Positions 1-13,879 of a DNA stretch of 64,000 bases are shown here, in pieces; position 1 is the first letter of the stretch, and each line of letters starts with the position of its first letter. The stretch comes from Trichinella spiralis. Lineage: Eukaryota. Under the pieces are notes generated by a model. It saw only the letters and a list, made by a program, of their open reading frames with translations. It did not search any database and was not told where the DNA came from. Both the position numbers and the translations under genes were made by a program. The DNA is taken from assembly GCF_000181795.1 (NCBI RefSeq), contig NW_003526943.1:1118487-1182486 (forward strand). The letters run 5' to 3'.

Positions 1-1730
1 TTGTAGTTCTCCAGCAAGATCTCTTACAGTTACTCGATACTGATGAACCAAATGGGGCATTCTTATTGGTGGCTTCCACATAATTTCAGCTTTTCGTTTA
101 CCAGCATGGATAACTACTAAATCTACTGGTGGGTCAGGGTTTTGCTTATATCCAGTGGTAAAGCACTCATACATATTACGTATGTTGAAAGATAAACAGG
201 CCACATAGGATTTATAATCTTCCCAACGGCTGAGATCGTTTGGTGCTGGGGATCCATTGCAGAGGTGCAAGCAGGTGAGGTCATCGACGCCTTTGGATTG
301 CAATTTGCAACACAGCATGTGGTCGCGCTCATCAGCTAAACATTGTGCAATGTCAGCTAAAGATTGCGGACACTCGTTGGTCACTTCGAACACTTCGAAC
401 TCATCCGGAGGTTTGTGGACATTGCATAATTTTTTCACGCAAAGTTCACTAACACCTTTTGAGCGGCAGCATTGGATTGTATCTGCAAATTAGAAAAATG
501 GCACCCAATTTGTAATAACTGAGTAAAAAGTAATGTCCAGCCGTCCGGAAAGAACCGTGTTAAAAAAGCGGAGCCGTCTTTTAAACAGAAATGTCAAGTT
601 TGGAGGCTTTGTTGATGAAAAAAATTGGGCCTTGCACTCGTTATGGTCCGTCTGCGTCTGAGCAGACTCTAATACGTCGCATTTTTTCAATGTCCAAATT
701 TTGAAGTTTATACATAATCATTGCGTAACAGAATTCAAGAAAATTTACTAATTTTTTTACTGAATATGCACTTAAATTTCCGTCAAGAGATTATGAGGAG
801 GTTGAGAATGTAGAACGAAGTTGCTTTATTTATTAAAGCAAGCAAAATAATAGCAAATGTGCCGATAAGTTTAACAATCAATTTTAAGCAATGTAATGCA
901 AATGGTTATAACATGGTGATCACTGAAGAAGAAAATTTTAAGCATTCTATTCTCTAAAATACAATTACGATAAATATGCAGCTTTAAATTGGATGATTAT
1001 TTTACAGTAATGTACTTTTTAATAAAAATGAAAAAGATCTTCAAATTTCTGAATCACCCTCAAAGTATATCTTTTTAATTTCAGTACAAACCTCATCAGA
1101 TAAATAATATTTAGAAAAAATAGCATTACTTCACTTTCCAATATATTACATTTATTACTCCAGAATTGTTAAATTAAATATTCATTTAGTGTTATCATAT
1201 GTATGTGAAAATGATGCGCATGTTTTTCAGGAATAATTGATAGTAAATTGCGTTTTATGTCTCTTATCAGCACAGAATTCTGGCCTTGCCAATTTGTAAA
1301 TGAAGAAGCTACTAAGAACTTGGCCTTGATCATCAGCCTCGTTATTAAAAAGAAAACACTGTTGTTTTGTTTTAACAAATATGTCTAATACTGCAATTGT
1401 TACTTGTAAATTTTTAATTTAATTTTACTTTTTTTGCATTGTAAAGTATGTGTGATATAAAGAAAAAGTTGTTAAAAGTAAAACGAAGAAATTTTTAAAG
1501 AAAAACCAGAAGTAAAAAATTTAAGCCAGATTAAATTAAAAAAAATGCTTACCTGGAATGTGTGTAGAATTAGCAGGTAAAGCAAAGATCAAACAGTCGC
1601 AAAACACCATTGCAGCAGCTAGATATCCAAATAGAATGCGAATCAGAACACTGAGGCAGAAGTGCCCATGTCGAATGATAATAATGTTGTTTCTTATATT
1701 TGCCATTAAACAATTGTTTGTCCAGTGCAC
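1..1730 (-). CDS. Secreted/membrane DB-module (Cys-rich) + fibronectin type III protein, igdb-like; 5' part only, runs off the window start
   Basis: Exon 1 (ATG 1730 or 1706 to 1553) is hydrophobic and signal-like and ends CCAG|GTAAGC in phase 1. It joins in frame to exon 482..1 (TTTGCAG|AT), which reads DTIQCCRSKGVSELCVKKLC...CLADERDHMLCC...CLHLCNG...CF (DB module) and then PDPPVDLVV...AEIMWKPP...YRV (FN3). Confidence 0.8.
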
Positions 1731-4700
1731 AGGTTATGCTGCCGCTGCAGCTTGCCCAATCGTGTGGCAATGATTATCTAGATGTAAAATGATTAAGACG
1801 AATATTGGTCATTGTGCCAATCACGCTTGTGAACATAGAAACAATCAGCACATTATTTGGATGCATTATTTACACTTTGGGATACGTCTGCCTCAAGGTG
1901 TCTGATCATCAGGGCCTAGCTTATGTTGCAGCTACACAGCTTTTATTTTTGCACCCAACCATAAATGACCAACCAGCAAGCGCTGGCATCTCAGTGGGCG
2001 GGTCTGCATTGACGGCCGGTTAAGATGATTGCTCTACTCCGCCTTTTCGGACTGTACCATACTGTACTTTACTGTATTGTCTCGAGAAGTACAATGACCG
2101 TTCGTGAACGGTGTCCAAACAGATTCACTTCACGTCAACGAACCTGCTGCTCCTCTTACGACCGTGTCATTTGCCTACGTTGCAGGCGTGTGACAACTTT
2201 TATTTGCTTGTTGTCAGAATCGTGCAAATCAACAAAAATTGGGGAGACTTGACTATAAGAATTTAATAAACACAAACAAGAAGCTGACCGGAAATTGTTC
2301 TTCCAAAATTTTGCTTACTTCAATTTACCTTTCCATTTCATCCCTTTCATCTGGCCACCACTTCCTTTTTTAATTCCCAGTCACATTACAATTTTTATAA
2401 CTTTTGGTTAAAAATGAATACAAGCAAATGCGGTACTTTTGCAGTATTCTGTTGTTTGTATATTATACATATATATATATATATTTCACTGATTTAATCA
2501 TAGGATACATATTTGCAATTTTTTATTTTATTTATTTGTTGTTATTTTCTTTTTGTTTTTTCATTCAGCACCCCGCACGTTCAAGGTAATCAGTTTAATG
2601 ATTATGATCTGTATCGACGGCCCAAAAATTGTGGAAAAAAAGTCATGCACAAGCCCTCACAGACAGTAGCACCGGTTTTTACGGCTGCCAGCCAGCTAGG
2701 CTTGAAAAAGGATTTTAAACCGGTCACCCTAAGCAGGACGGTGGCAAAACTGACACGCCCCTGGTTGAAGTACAAAAAAAGCCGCACATTAGCAAATGCA
2801 AAAAATAACTAGACGCATATGTGACAACGTTTTTACAATACTGTTTTTATGGTAGAAAATTAAAAAAACATGTTAAACGTGCACAGTTTTTTAAATATAT
2901 TTGTTTTTTATAATGTCGGACTGTTTTTTAATACCCATATCATTTGTGTATAAGTGACGTAATCTACAAACAAAAAACTTAAGGGCGTTGTTTTTTGTTG
3001 TTTTTTAATTAAAACAGATGTTGCTTAAAAACAACAGCAGTCAAATCATTCAAGTGGTTATTATTATTAGTAGTATTATTTTAATAAAACAATATGTAAT
3101 TCTTATTTCATTAAATTTTCAATACAATCTTTATTTAGAATGCTTTATGATGTTATTGGTGGTTGTGTTGTAAATGTCATTTTCTAAAAGAAATTGCGTT
3201 TTTTGAAAGAGTTCACTGCAGTCAGACAGCATACTGTAGTAGTACATTAGTGGAGTAGTTTCAAATTTTTTCAAATAAATCGTTTGTTTTGGCTAGACAA
3301 ACTTGCTTCATTGAGCGATCCCAAGACAGACCAACAAGGACGCGGAACAATTCAGACGACAGGGTGTTTGAATTTTTCTGTTTCAGCTCATTTTTTAGAC
3401 GAGACTAATCACGCAGTTAATTAAAAACGTCTCCTGACCAGAAAAGAAAAGATTGAAGGTGTTCCACATGAAATTTTCCAAACGAAAAGTCTATAGGTTA
3501 AAAATTTTTCACTGAAATTGTTCTATTTTGTAAAAAAATAAAAATTCAATTCTAGCGGTAAAATTTTCAAACTAGAGAAATGAATTTTTTGTTCATTAAA
3601 ACACAGTTTTTTAATTATACATCATTCATTTATAGTTTAATAGATGATATAACGACTTTACCCGCAACTGTAATAAATTCTTTCTTAAAGTGTGAAAGTT
3701 CATTTTTTCCAAATATTTAACAACGGTTTTACAAGTTGCTCATCTAAAACTGAAATCTAGAGCAGAATAATTCATAAATTTCTGAAGGAACCTGCAAGAG
3801 CTGTGTACATTGCATGCTATCTGTTTGCTATCTACTGCAATGCTTAATAACAATTTTAAATTTTCAAATGCAAATACTACAGATATTTCATTTCTTATAA
3901 ATTCTACACTGTTATTAGGAAAGTAATGCAGCTATATATAATAAAGTAATACCCATATGTGCTAATTCTGCCAATCAGCTTATTTATGAGAGGTTTCTTT
4001 CTTTCTAAAATTTGCGTTTCACTTATGGCATTTGCAGTGGAAAATGATTTTAGAAGCTGCGTATGCAATTGAATTTTATTATATTTTATTAAATCTGTTG
4101 CCTGTACTGTTGTAAACAACGGAGTGGTGTGAAAGAACAGTTACTGTGAAGTAGTAAGAGGTATTTTTTCATGCACATATATTTTAATATTAATGGACTT
4201 TAAAACTATGACTGCTATTGTCTTTTTTCTTATATACTTAATACCCTAAAATTCCAATATTTTAATGCAATTTATGAATGTGAAATCCAATTATTGCTCT
4301 GAGAAACTTTCAGAAATTGCATTTTAAAATGTTCTGATATAAGAAATAATCACTTTGGGGTATTGTTTGGCATTGTCATATAGAGAGCATCCAAATATGC
4401 AAATAAGAATATTTTAAGTGAAGTTTTTTACTAAAAAGAAAGAATCTTATTAATCAACAAAAATTATAATATTAACAAATTTACAGTTTATTAACTATAG
4501 TAAATATGTAAATGTTTGAAATACCTCTACTTACATAAATACTGTGGTTTCAGTCACAGGAAAACAGGAAAATAAATAACGTGACTAGTCTGAAGTGAAA
4601 GAGAAATTTTTTACTTTTAAAAGTAACAGTAATCATAAACAATGCTCTTTTTATTAAGAAACAACATCTATATTATAGGGGTCACTTTCCAGTAGAACCT

Positions 4701-5412
4701 TAATTGAGATCAGGTCACACAGATGTGACCTCAGCTGCGCCTTTGAAATCATTTTCACAAAAGTTCAAATGTGCCCACATTCTTTGTATTATAATAATAA
4801 ATAAATGCAAAGTCAGGAATGGTACTTTCTAATTATAAATATTTTTTCCTTAAAGATTGCTTCGTGTTGCGGTCTTTGTGGCACATGTTTCCAGCGCATG
4901 ACGCAATTCCATCATCGGATGACATGATTTGATGATTTTTTCTGACTATTGCATGCAAATTAGGTAGAATCCTTTAACATTCTGAGCAAGCATTTTCAAA
5001 GTTCAAAATATCAAAAAACAGTTGCGTTTTGAATTTGCAAAAAAAGCATTTTCAAAAAGGTACATTGAATCCTGACCGAAATTCAAGCAGAAATCAGTTA
5101 TCATCTATTTATTATGCATTCAAAGCACATGATATTTTAAAATACTCAACTGATGATAAATGTAGCAGATAAGTTCTGTTTCAGCTTAGCATATTTATTA
5201 TGCAGATTTTAAAAAATAAAAAATTAATTTTAATAAAAATCGCATAATTTGGAATGTGAATATTTCCATAGGGAATTGATTATTGGCTGAAAATGTAATC
5301 CAAAATTCAAAAACATGTCTAAATATGTTACTCAAAATATTGAACTATAGTAAAATGCATTTTTAAATTAACTTAGGATCATTTTTTCATTAAGTTTTTT
5401 TAATTTTTGCAG

Positions 5413-8400
5413 ATCGTTTAGTTGTGCAAAGTGATCTTAGTTTGAAATTTCTGAAGTTGTCCATTAATGATAGTGCTACTTATTGGTGTGTTGTTAAACA
5501 GCTCAATCGTCCTGCCAGCATTCCTGCCGGAAAAAAGGTGCATTTAGTTATTCACTGTAAGTGCTTTATTAATAATTTTTTTATTTTAAAGTTATTACTT
5601 ATTATAATATGATTATAATATACACTATATTCAATTATTAAATTAAAAATGTTATCACATTTAGCATAAAATGTATTAATGTTATCATAAAGTTGTTATT
5701 TTATTTTGTAAAATCTTAATATTGTTTAATCTTTCAGCTCCTCCGGTTTTTGAAAAAGTGCCGTCGCCAGAAATTTTCAAAAAACTTCATGATAACCTGA
5801 ACATATCGTGCCAAGCGACGGGGAATCCGTTGCCAGAAATTACATGGCTTCGTGTAGAGTCAACATTGTGAAAAGTGTTTTGAAATAATTTTCAAGCAAG
5901 TTTCATTTTAATTTAGGATGGCGAACGTTTGGAAGAGGAAAAAATACAAATCTCAAAAGGCTATCTGACAATACAGAGTTTAAAAGAAAGCGATGCTGGG
6001 AAGTACTCTTGTTTAGCTTCAAATGATATTGGACAAATTAGTTATGACATCCGCATTCAGTTTTCTAGTGTGTTTATATTTATATTATGATATGTTGATT
6101 TAACAACAGTAATTTTTCATTTTTTTAGAAGGTGCTTATTTTGAGCATCCAATAAGCAATGTTACGGCTGTTGCAGGCAGTGAGCTGTTTTGGCCATGCC
6201 ACGCTAAAGCTGAACCTCCTTCGTTGCATTACAAATGGTTGAAAGGAGAAAAAGAAATTGCCTTCTTAAACACAGGATTGCCTTTTCGATCAAAAGTTGA
6301 AGTAATGCATATTTTTAAATTATAAGCATTTATTTATTCAATTTTTTATGTTGAGTATGCATATTTAATGATATGTTTATTTTTAATAACAAAGTATTTG
6401 TTTATTCAGCTATTTCAACTGATAGTTGCACATGTCGCACGTACAGTTGCACTATTTTACTTGCTATTAATATTTATTTATTTTCGTTTTTCAGAATGGA
6501 AATTTAAAAATCTCACCAGTACAAGAGGAAGATCATGATTGGTATAGTTGTGTTGCAGAAAATGGATTTGGAAAACCAGCCATTTCTTCAGCCTTTCTCA
6601 ATGTTTACTGTATGTACTTATTGTTGTAATATCTATTTAATGTTTTATATTTAAAAAATATGTATTATGTTTTGAGGTTAAGGACATGAATTAATTGAAT
6701 TTCAGTGTGCACATTAGCAAACTGCTATAACATCTGTAATATCAAAATAAAACAAGCTACTTTTTAGTAAAGAGAAAACTTTTAACAAAAAATTTTCATT
6801 TCAATCTTTTATTGAAGATTTCTACCATCGCGAAAGGCATGTTTACATTGATTTTTAATTATTCCTCATAAAAAAGAAAGTAGAAAAAAATATTTCAGAT
6901 CTAATTTTTTGCACATGCTTTTCAACGTTTAAATTTATATATTGAACAAAAGTTGAAGTGTTTATTGCAAAATATGTATCTCGCAAAAAATTATTCAAGG
7001 CAACGTTATTAGAATACAAGTCATAAGCTATGAAAAGAAGTCATGAACTCTTAAAAACTTTTTTGATAAAAGTTTATTAGCCACAGATGTATCATAATAA
7101 TTAATAAATAGAGTAATTTAATAATGCAAGAAATTAACATTTATTTTTAAATTTTGTGAATTTAATGGTTTCTTTTAAGATTCACCTAGAATTTTGCCCT
7201 CTACTCCTGGAATACAGTATATAGCTAAAGGAAAACATTCCTCTATTTATTGTAAAATTGAAGCAAATCCTCACTACAGACTTGTTGTTTGGAAAAAAGA
7301 CAACGATGCAATTAATTTTACTGATGACGAAAAGCAAACAGATATTTATCTGTCGTCAGATGGCTCAAAACTTCATTTTTATAAGGTAAATATTCAATTT
7401 TGATCCTTTTCATAATTATACGTTTTCAAAAACATATTTTGCATTAACAGAAAAGTAAAACGAAGTAGAGAGAGCAAAATATGTGTAAAAAACGTGATTC
7501 ACTTCATGAAAACAAAAGTTTTTCAATTTAAGAAAGTTGTATAAACGTGTCACATTATTGAAAGAAATTCTAATTTAAATGTCATTAAGTAAATTAATGC
7601 CAATAAACGAGAGGTTCAAAGACCTTTAAAAATGCATTTGTTCAGACATTTTTTTAACCTGAAATTCTGTTTTAGGGTGATGACAAACATGCCGGTGCAT
7701 ACAGTTGTCAAGCTTATAATGAAATCGGTGCTAGCCTCCCATTTGAGGTTCTTGTCGTTGTTTCAGGTAATATTTTCAGTTTAAGAACTTGTAGCTAAAA
7801 TTAGAGTTATTTTTTTAATTCTTTTTATCGTTAATTTCATGTGTAGCGCAGCTCAGTTGATTATTTGGAATTTCCACACAGCATCTTATGTGAAATTGTT
7901 TTTCTTTAAAATTTATATTGCATTATATATATGTGTATTTACATTAAAATATGCAAATTGTCATGATAGTTGCTGAAAAACGTTCATGCATTAAAGCGAA
8001 TAGTAAATTAAAATAATAGAATAGATAAACTTCTTTTAAATGCAGAAGCTAATGAAAAATAATAATCTTTAGAACCTCCTTATTTTACTTCTACTCCCCC
8101 TTCACATGTGGAGCTTACAGCTGGAAGTGATGCTTCCCTGTCATGTTCAGCTGAAGGATACCCAAAACCTAAAATTGAATGGAAAACGGTACATTTTTAT
8201 ACTATTTTTCATTTACGTAAACAATATAAAGTATAATATTTAGAACAATGGAACAATATATTCAACTACTGTGATAAAAATTTGGAATGCATCGAGTTCA
8301 GATTATGGTGAATATGAATGCACTGCATCAAATCCTTTATCAGTTTTGAAGCGAAAAACTCTTTTAAAAGTTTTAAGTATGCGGTTGCACAAGTGAAATA

Positions 8401-10801
8401 TAATTCAACCGAATTTCATATAAAGTTTTTAGACACTGTACCACAACCGTTAGAGGATGTTGAAGTTTCTACGAACACAACTACGGCTACATTAAAATGG
8501 AGGCCAGGATTCAATGGTGGTCACACACAACATTATACGATAAGGTATTATATTGGCAAGTTAACTGAAAAATATTTTTCTGGAAAAATGTATATAATTT
8601 AGGTACAGGTTAAAGAACGCTGCTGATGAGTGGAGTGTTTATAAAAATTTGGACAAAACAGAAATTACGCTAGACAATTTACAGCCTGATGAAGAATATT
8701 CATTTGAAATTATTCCTTATAATTCGAATGGTATAGGCAAATCATTTAAACTGGATGCAAAAACTAAAAAGAGTATAAATTAGCTTTGACTGTTTTCATT
8801 TTGTAATATTGTCATTGAAAGTCTTCTATTTTAGATTCATTGGAAAAAGATTCAATTGTTGAATGGAAAGCGCACTACAGTGAAAAAAAACATCCTGTAA
8901 AGCCTGATGATTTGAAAGTAAAAATCAGCTTAGATACAATTCTTCTCAGTTGGTCGCAGGGGCGGTCAAGAGTTAAAACTGTTCACAATTATAGTGTTGA
9001 ATATCAGGAATTAAAAAAGTAAGTCAACAGATTTTTTCAAAATGAAAATGTAAATTAATATGTGTTAACAGAATCCGAGCAAATAAATTTCCTGATAAAG
9101 CGAAACATAGTAATGAGCACACAATACAATCAAAGTTAATTCGAGATCGTATCCAAGCCTTGCATTTAAATGTCAGTACATCGATGTTTGAACGTGGAGC
9201 AGATTACAAATTTATGGTTAGATCTCATACTGAATTTTCAACGAGTGAACCAGCAAGCATTGCTTTTCGAATGCCAGATGGTCAGTTTTAAATTATCTTT
9301 CTTATTTTTTGCAATTACACTTTTATTTTTTAGGCAGGACCGATAGTTTTCCAATTTTTGCCGGTTTACTTGGAGGCTTATTGTTCTTAGTGTTTTTCTT
9401 GTTGATTGCATTTTTTTGCGCAAAATTTCTTTTGCGTCGATCACAGAAAGCTCAGTCGAATGGTCAAGTTATTTATGAACATGACGGTTCTGCTCAAGGT
9501 AATTTTGGAAGTTATTTTTTTTGTTATTAATTTAAAAAATTAATGATTTCAGGAAAAATGCCCATTTTGAACGGTGCTTTGCCAGATGAGGATAGTTCAG
9601 GATTTGAAGACAGAGAAAGAAAGTAAGCACAGAATTTTAATCTTTGAAAGGGCTGTACAATGATTTTATAACGGAAGCAAATGCTTTAGTGTCAAAATGT
9701 AAAATTCATACTTCAATATAAATTTCATGTTTGAATTTGTTCAAATTTACAAATTTATTCAAACTGTACTTTCATTTTTTTTGAAATTTCTGTGTTATTT
9801 AAAAGTAATTATGTAATATATGATCGGTTTAAATGATTTGCGCAGTTATACAGAGCGCATGATAAATAATGCTCTTTTTTATAAATTTATTAAAAAATAA
9901 AATTTTCAAATGTAAAAGTGATAAATAACTAGTTTGTTGCTGACTTTAATAAAATTATATGATTTACTGTAAGCTTATTGTAGCCATCGCTCAACAATCA
10001 GTTCTTTTGCAGCACTATTGAAGTGCTCTAAAGATGCAGCACTTCTTAATTCCGTATACTCGACGTCTTTGCTCAGCGTGACAGGTTTTAATTAGAAAGT
10101 GAACTTCTATTCTGTCGTATTTGTGTCACCAGAAGCATGTAGCTTGAAAATTCACAAGTTTTGCGCCGCATTTTCCCTTTTTGATTTTACTAGCTTTTTC
10201 CCCAGCATGTGTAATTGATGATAATGAAAGAAAATTTATTTTCTGCTTGAACAGAATTTTATCATCTAAAGTGATTTACTTAAGTATTTTTCATTTTAAT
10301 TTAAGAGGTCTTGCCATCAAATTTGCACTTGCTCGAAATCAGTCGCGAATCCCAAGTCTGACAAGCCGACTGAACTGGAATAAAGCTGACTACTGTTCGT
10401 CTAAGGAAAAAAATTCAGACAAAGTTCTGTTAGCGTCCGTGGAGTCGGTTGCCAATTTCGGCTTCAACGACGATTACCAATATGAGCCGGTAGAATTTGA
10501 ATTGGAAGAGCTTGGCAAAAATGCCGATCCAACTGTATTGCAGAAATCCAATGTAGAAAGGGACAAGCAGTGTCATTTGTTTTTGAAGAGGATAAATTCG
10601 AATTATTTTGCAAATTTTATGAAATCCAGCCAATCGTCAACGGAAAATTTGAAAACTGAGAGAAAAATTTCATTGCTTACAAATAATGAAGCAGATGAAG
10701 AATATGACCATGATGAAAACGAAGAAGAAGAAAATTCGAAAACGAAGATGAATTCTAATGAATCTGTAAAATTTGAACAAAGCCAACAAAGTTGCAGTTA
10801 G
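5413..10801 (+). CDS. Turtle/IgSF9-like type I membrane protein (5 Ig + 2 FN3 + TM + cytoplasmic tail); 5' exons not resolved
   Basis: In-phase exons from 5413 encode Ig motifs DSATYWCVV, CQATGNPLPEITW, DAGKYSCLASN, DHDWYSCVAEN, CKIEANP..W..HAGAYSCQAYN and CSAEGYPKPKIEW..DYGEYEC. FN3 motifs follow (LKWRPGFNGG, LLSWS..YSVEY), then a TM helix (about 9350-9420) and a last exon ending in TAG at 10801. The domain order matches Drosophila Turtle/IgSF9. Confidence 0.85.
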
Positions 10802-12448
10802 ATATAATTGTATTTTTTATTCTTTTTTTTGTAAAATTTGTTGGTTAACAAAAAATTGCTCATTGATATTTTTAACGGAAATAAAGAATTGTTACCTTGC
10901 AATGTTTACGACACCAAACAAGCTAACACTATTTCTACATTACGCATACACAGATAAACAATAGCCACCGTGAAACGCAAACTAACAGGTAACTTATATA
11001 TCGACATCAACTAACTACTTGCCTTCTCTTATTCATTTCTTCACTTTTTATATCTTATTTAATTACTAGTATGCAAAAGCAAAAATATCTACCAGCACAG
11101 ATCTGAGATCCGTTTCCGCTTCACTCTTCTCATAGTATCTATGTTTACGTACTTATTCTTATTTGTGTGCTTTGTGTTCGTTAAATTTATTTATAGACTG
11201 AAGCATCGCACTCTACCCTTTTGCTTTAGAAGGCATCGCAAGTTGTTGAATAACTGTGCAGTTTACAAGAACATTTAACAGCTTTCTCTTTTTATTTGCA
11301 TTCATTGCCGTTCTTTCAACTGCAATATCAAATTCATAACAAGAATGTGTTATTCCATGTTTTCCAGTTGCTTCATCATATATCATTATTAATCATGCTA
11401 TTGGATTTTGCTATCAGTTCTTGCAATGCGCGCAATTTATGCTCACATGGCATGTGTGAATAGTCGTATGTTTCTCTTAAAACTAATTAACTGCTTGTCC
11501 ATGTTATTTCATTTAAATTACATTTGCAGCAGAAAGATTTTACCATAAGAAATTATTTTCAGTTAAAATTTGATATCCTAGAATTGATTATTTTACGATG
11601 ATGTTCATTGAAAATAATCTTAATTTACAACAGAATTATTTCTTACAATAATAATTTAGATGTTTATTGAACGTAATCAATAATGTTCTTTTTCATTTAA
11701 GACAAGACTATTAAAGAACTTAGCTCTGCATATACACTTGCACATAAAACTGCAAGGTAGAAGTGTTTGCTAAAAGATAAGGGCAACCACCAATGTGGGC
11801 CCAATGGCGCGGAACTTTACAGAAGTGAACTAGCTCACCTCCCCCCATTGTGCTTGGGCGCTACTATAGAAGGATTAGGCCAGATTAAACCCGGTGCCCG
11901 TGAAGGCAATTTGTATTCTACCGAGCGATCAATGGCGTCGGGAATACGGAAAGGATGAATGTGTACGGCTCAGGACAACGTCTCTAAGACAGATCTGCAC
12001 TCTTTACAATCGGCGATCTATGTCTAGAGGAGTCTCTTTCTTACACACGCGCCGGCTTATTATAACTTTACAATTATATCAGTGCTTCAATAAATGTCAC
12101 ACTATGCATTTGGGTTTTTGAAATTATTATGCACTGAAAACAATAACTTTTCCATTGTTTTATTTGTATGAATTTTTATTCTTTATGCAATTATTTGCTA
12201 ATATCATACAAACGTTTTATTCTTTCTCAGCGATTCATACTACAGTAATTTGTACTTGATTATCAATATATGCAATTATTTTACGTAATTGACAGTTGTC
12301 AACATATTACTATGTAAAAAGTTGCTGTACGTGAGAGCAGTAGTTCCATTTTATTGTTATTTTCTGATATGTTAATTTTTATTTTTTGTTCATATGTACT
12401 TTAATTTTCCTTTCGTATTCTCTGTCTGTTCTGTTTATTATTCTCGCG

Positions 12449-12929
12449 ATGCCTGATGATTCTGAATTGCAACTTGTAATAAATCGTTATGGTGGTTTGT
12501 CCCTTGTTTATGAAGGCCGGGCATACAAACTGAAACGTACCTGTAAAGCGACGAAGTATTGGTTATGTTCGAAAGTACGTGCTGAATGTACTCCATGTGT
12601 TCCTTATTATTAAGGATTAGTTTATTTTGGCACAGGATAAACAAGGCTGCAAGGCCGTAATATGGACAAATTTAGAAGTGACGACCGTGATCAATCAGAA
12701 TGATCACATCGAAACCTGCCCGGTGGATCAGCATCTGGCATATAAAATGGAAAAGAAGGCGATTTTAAAAAAACGAAGCGCTGAGGAAACTACACCGATC
12801 CCCACTATCTACGAACAAGAAGCCTCCGCCGCGTCCGCTGATCCATCAACCGCAGGCCAATTCCCAGTATTTAAGCGTGTAAAGGCTACAATGTACATCA
12901 ACCGGGCAAAACGCATGTACAAACTTTGA
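12449..12929 (+). mobile_element. FLYWCH-domain ORF derived from a Mutator-like (MULE) transposase, truncated before the DDE domain
   Basis: Exons 12449-12574 and 12636-12929 (GT-AG intron) give MPDDSELQLVINRYGGLSLVYEGRAYKLK..KYWLCSKDKQGCKA..NDH, a FLYWCH pattern. No catalytic domain follows. Confidence 0.7.
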
Positions 12930-13097
12930 ACATAATTAGTAAACAGTGTTTATGCTCAGAAACAACGGGTATATTCAATATACGGGTGAACATATCAGCG
13001 GTAGGTGTACAGTGCAGCAGTTCATTGAATCTTTATTGTACATAACGCCTCAGCCGATTTAATGCGGTCTTCTAATTGGTGATTTTATATTACAATG

Positions 13098-13200
13098 TAT
13101 TATATTATACTATATTATATTATATTATATTATATTATATTATATTATATTATATTATATTATATTATATTATATTATATTATATTATATTATATTATAT
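13098..13200. repeat. (TATAT)n pentanucleotide microsatellite
   Basis: About 20 nearly perfect TATAT units, directly visible. Confidence 0.95.
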
Positions 13201-13579
13201 TTGTATTGTTTCTTTTTTCCATTTTTTGTTTTTTTCACTTTGTTAATATTGTTTACTGATATGTGTGGTTTATTGTTGTTGCTGTTGAATAATCAAAAAT
13301 AAAAATCACTGTTTTACTTTTTTCTTGTTTCTGCTGAGTTATTATTATCACATTTCATATAACTTCATTTTGGTAAAATAAAATATATAATAATGAAAAA
13401 AATGTTTTTGGAAATACTGATCATCAAAAAGCATAAAATTCACATAAATTATATATAAGAAAACAATATTTCTATGAATGATGGAACTTCATAAATTGTA
13501 ATAAAAATAATTTTGATAAAATTTGAAAATACTGAAAATTCCACAATGAAGTTGCAAAAATTGTAAAAAGAAATATTTA

Positions 13580-13699
13580 GACCAATGAAACGAAAAATAT
13601 TGCAGCTAATCATAATGAAGAACTTTTAACCAATGAACATTTAGAGATGAAAACCAATCTGACAACGGTATGAATGTCCAATGAGATAATGCAGACTAA
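13580..13699 (+). promoter_or_regulatory. Array of five CCAAT-type boxes phased at exactly 24 bp
   Basis: CCAAT at 13582, 13630, 13654 and 13678, plus CTAAT at 13606. The spacers are unrelated to each other. Confidence 0.5.
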
Positions 13700-13879
13700 C
13701 GACCGGTTAAATCGTCCTTTTGGTAGACCATCCACAGTTTTGGCATTCAGTTTTCTGGTGTTTGTCCATGCGCCCGTTTCTTGATTGGTCTTATGTGTTA
13801 AGAACTTTTGAGTTTTCGCATCCCTATATGCTATGTTTGGATATCGCTGGACTCACATTATGTATATTTATTTCTATTT

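Noticed and set aside
13580..13699. CRISPR-like repeat/spacer periodicity
   Set aside because: The conserved core is only about 9 bp, the context is eukaryotic and there are no cas genes. Reported as a CCAAT array instead.
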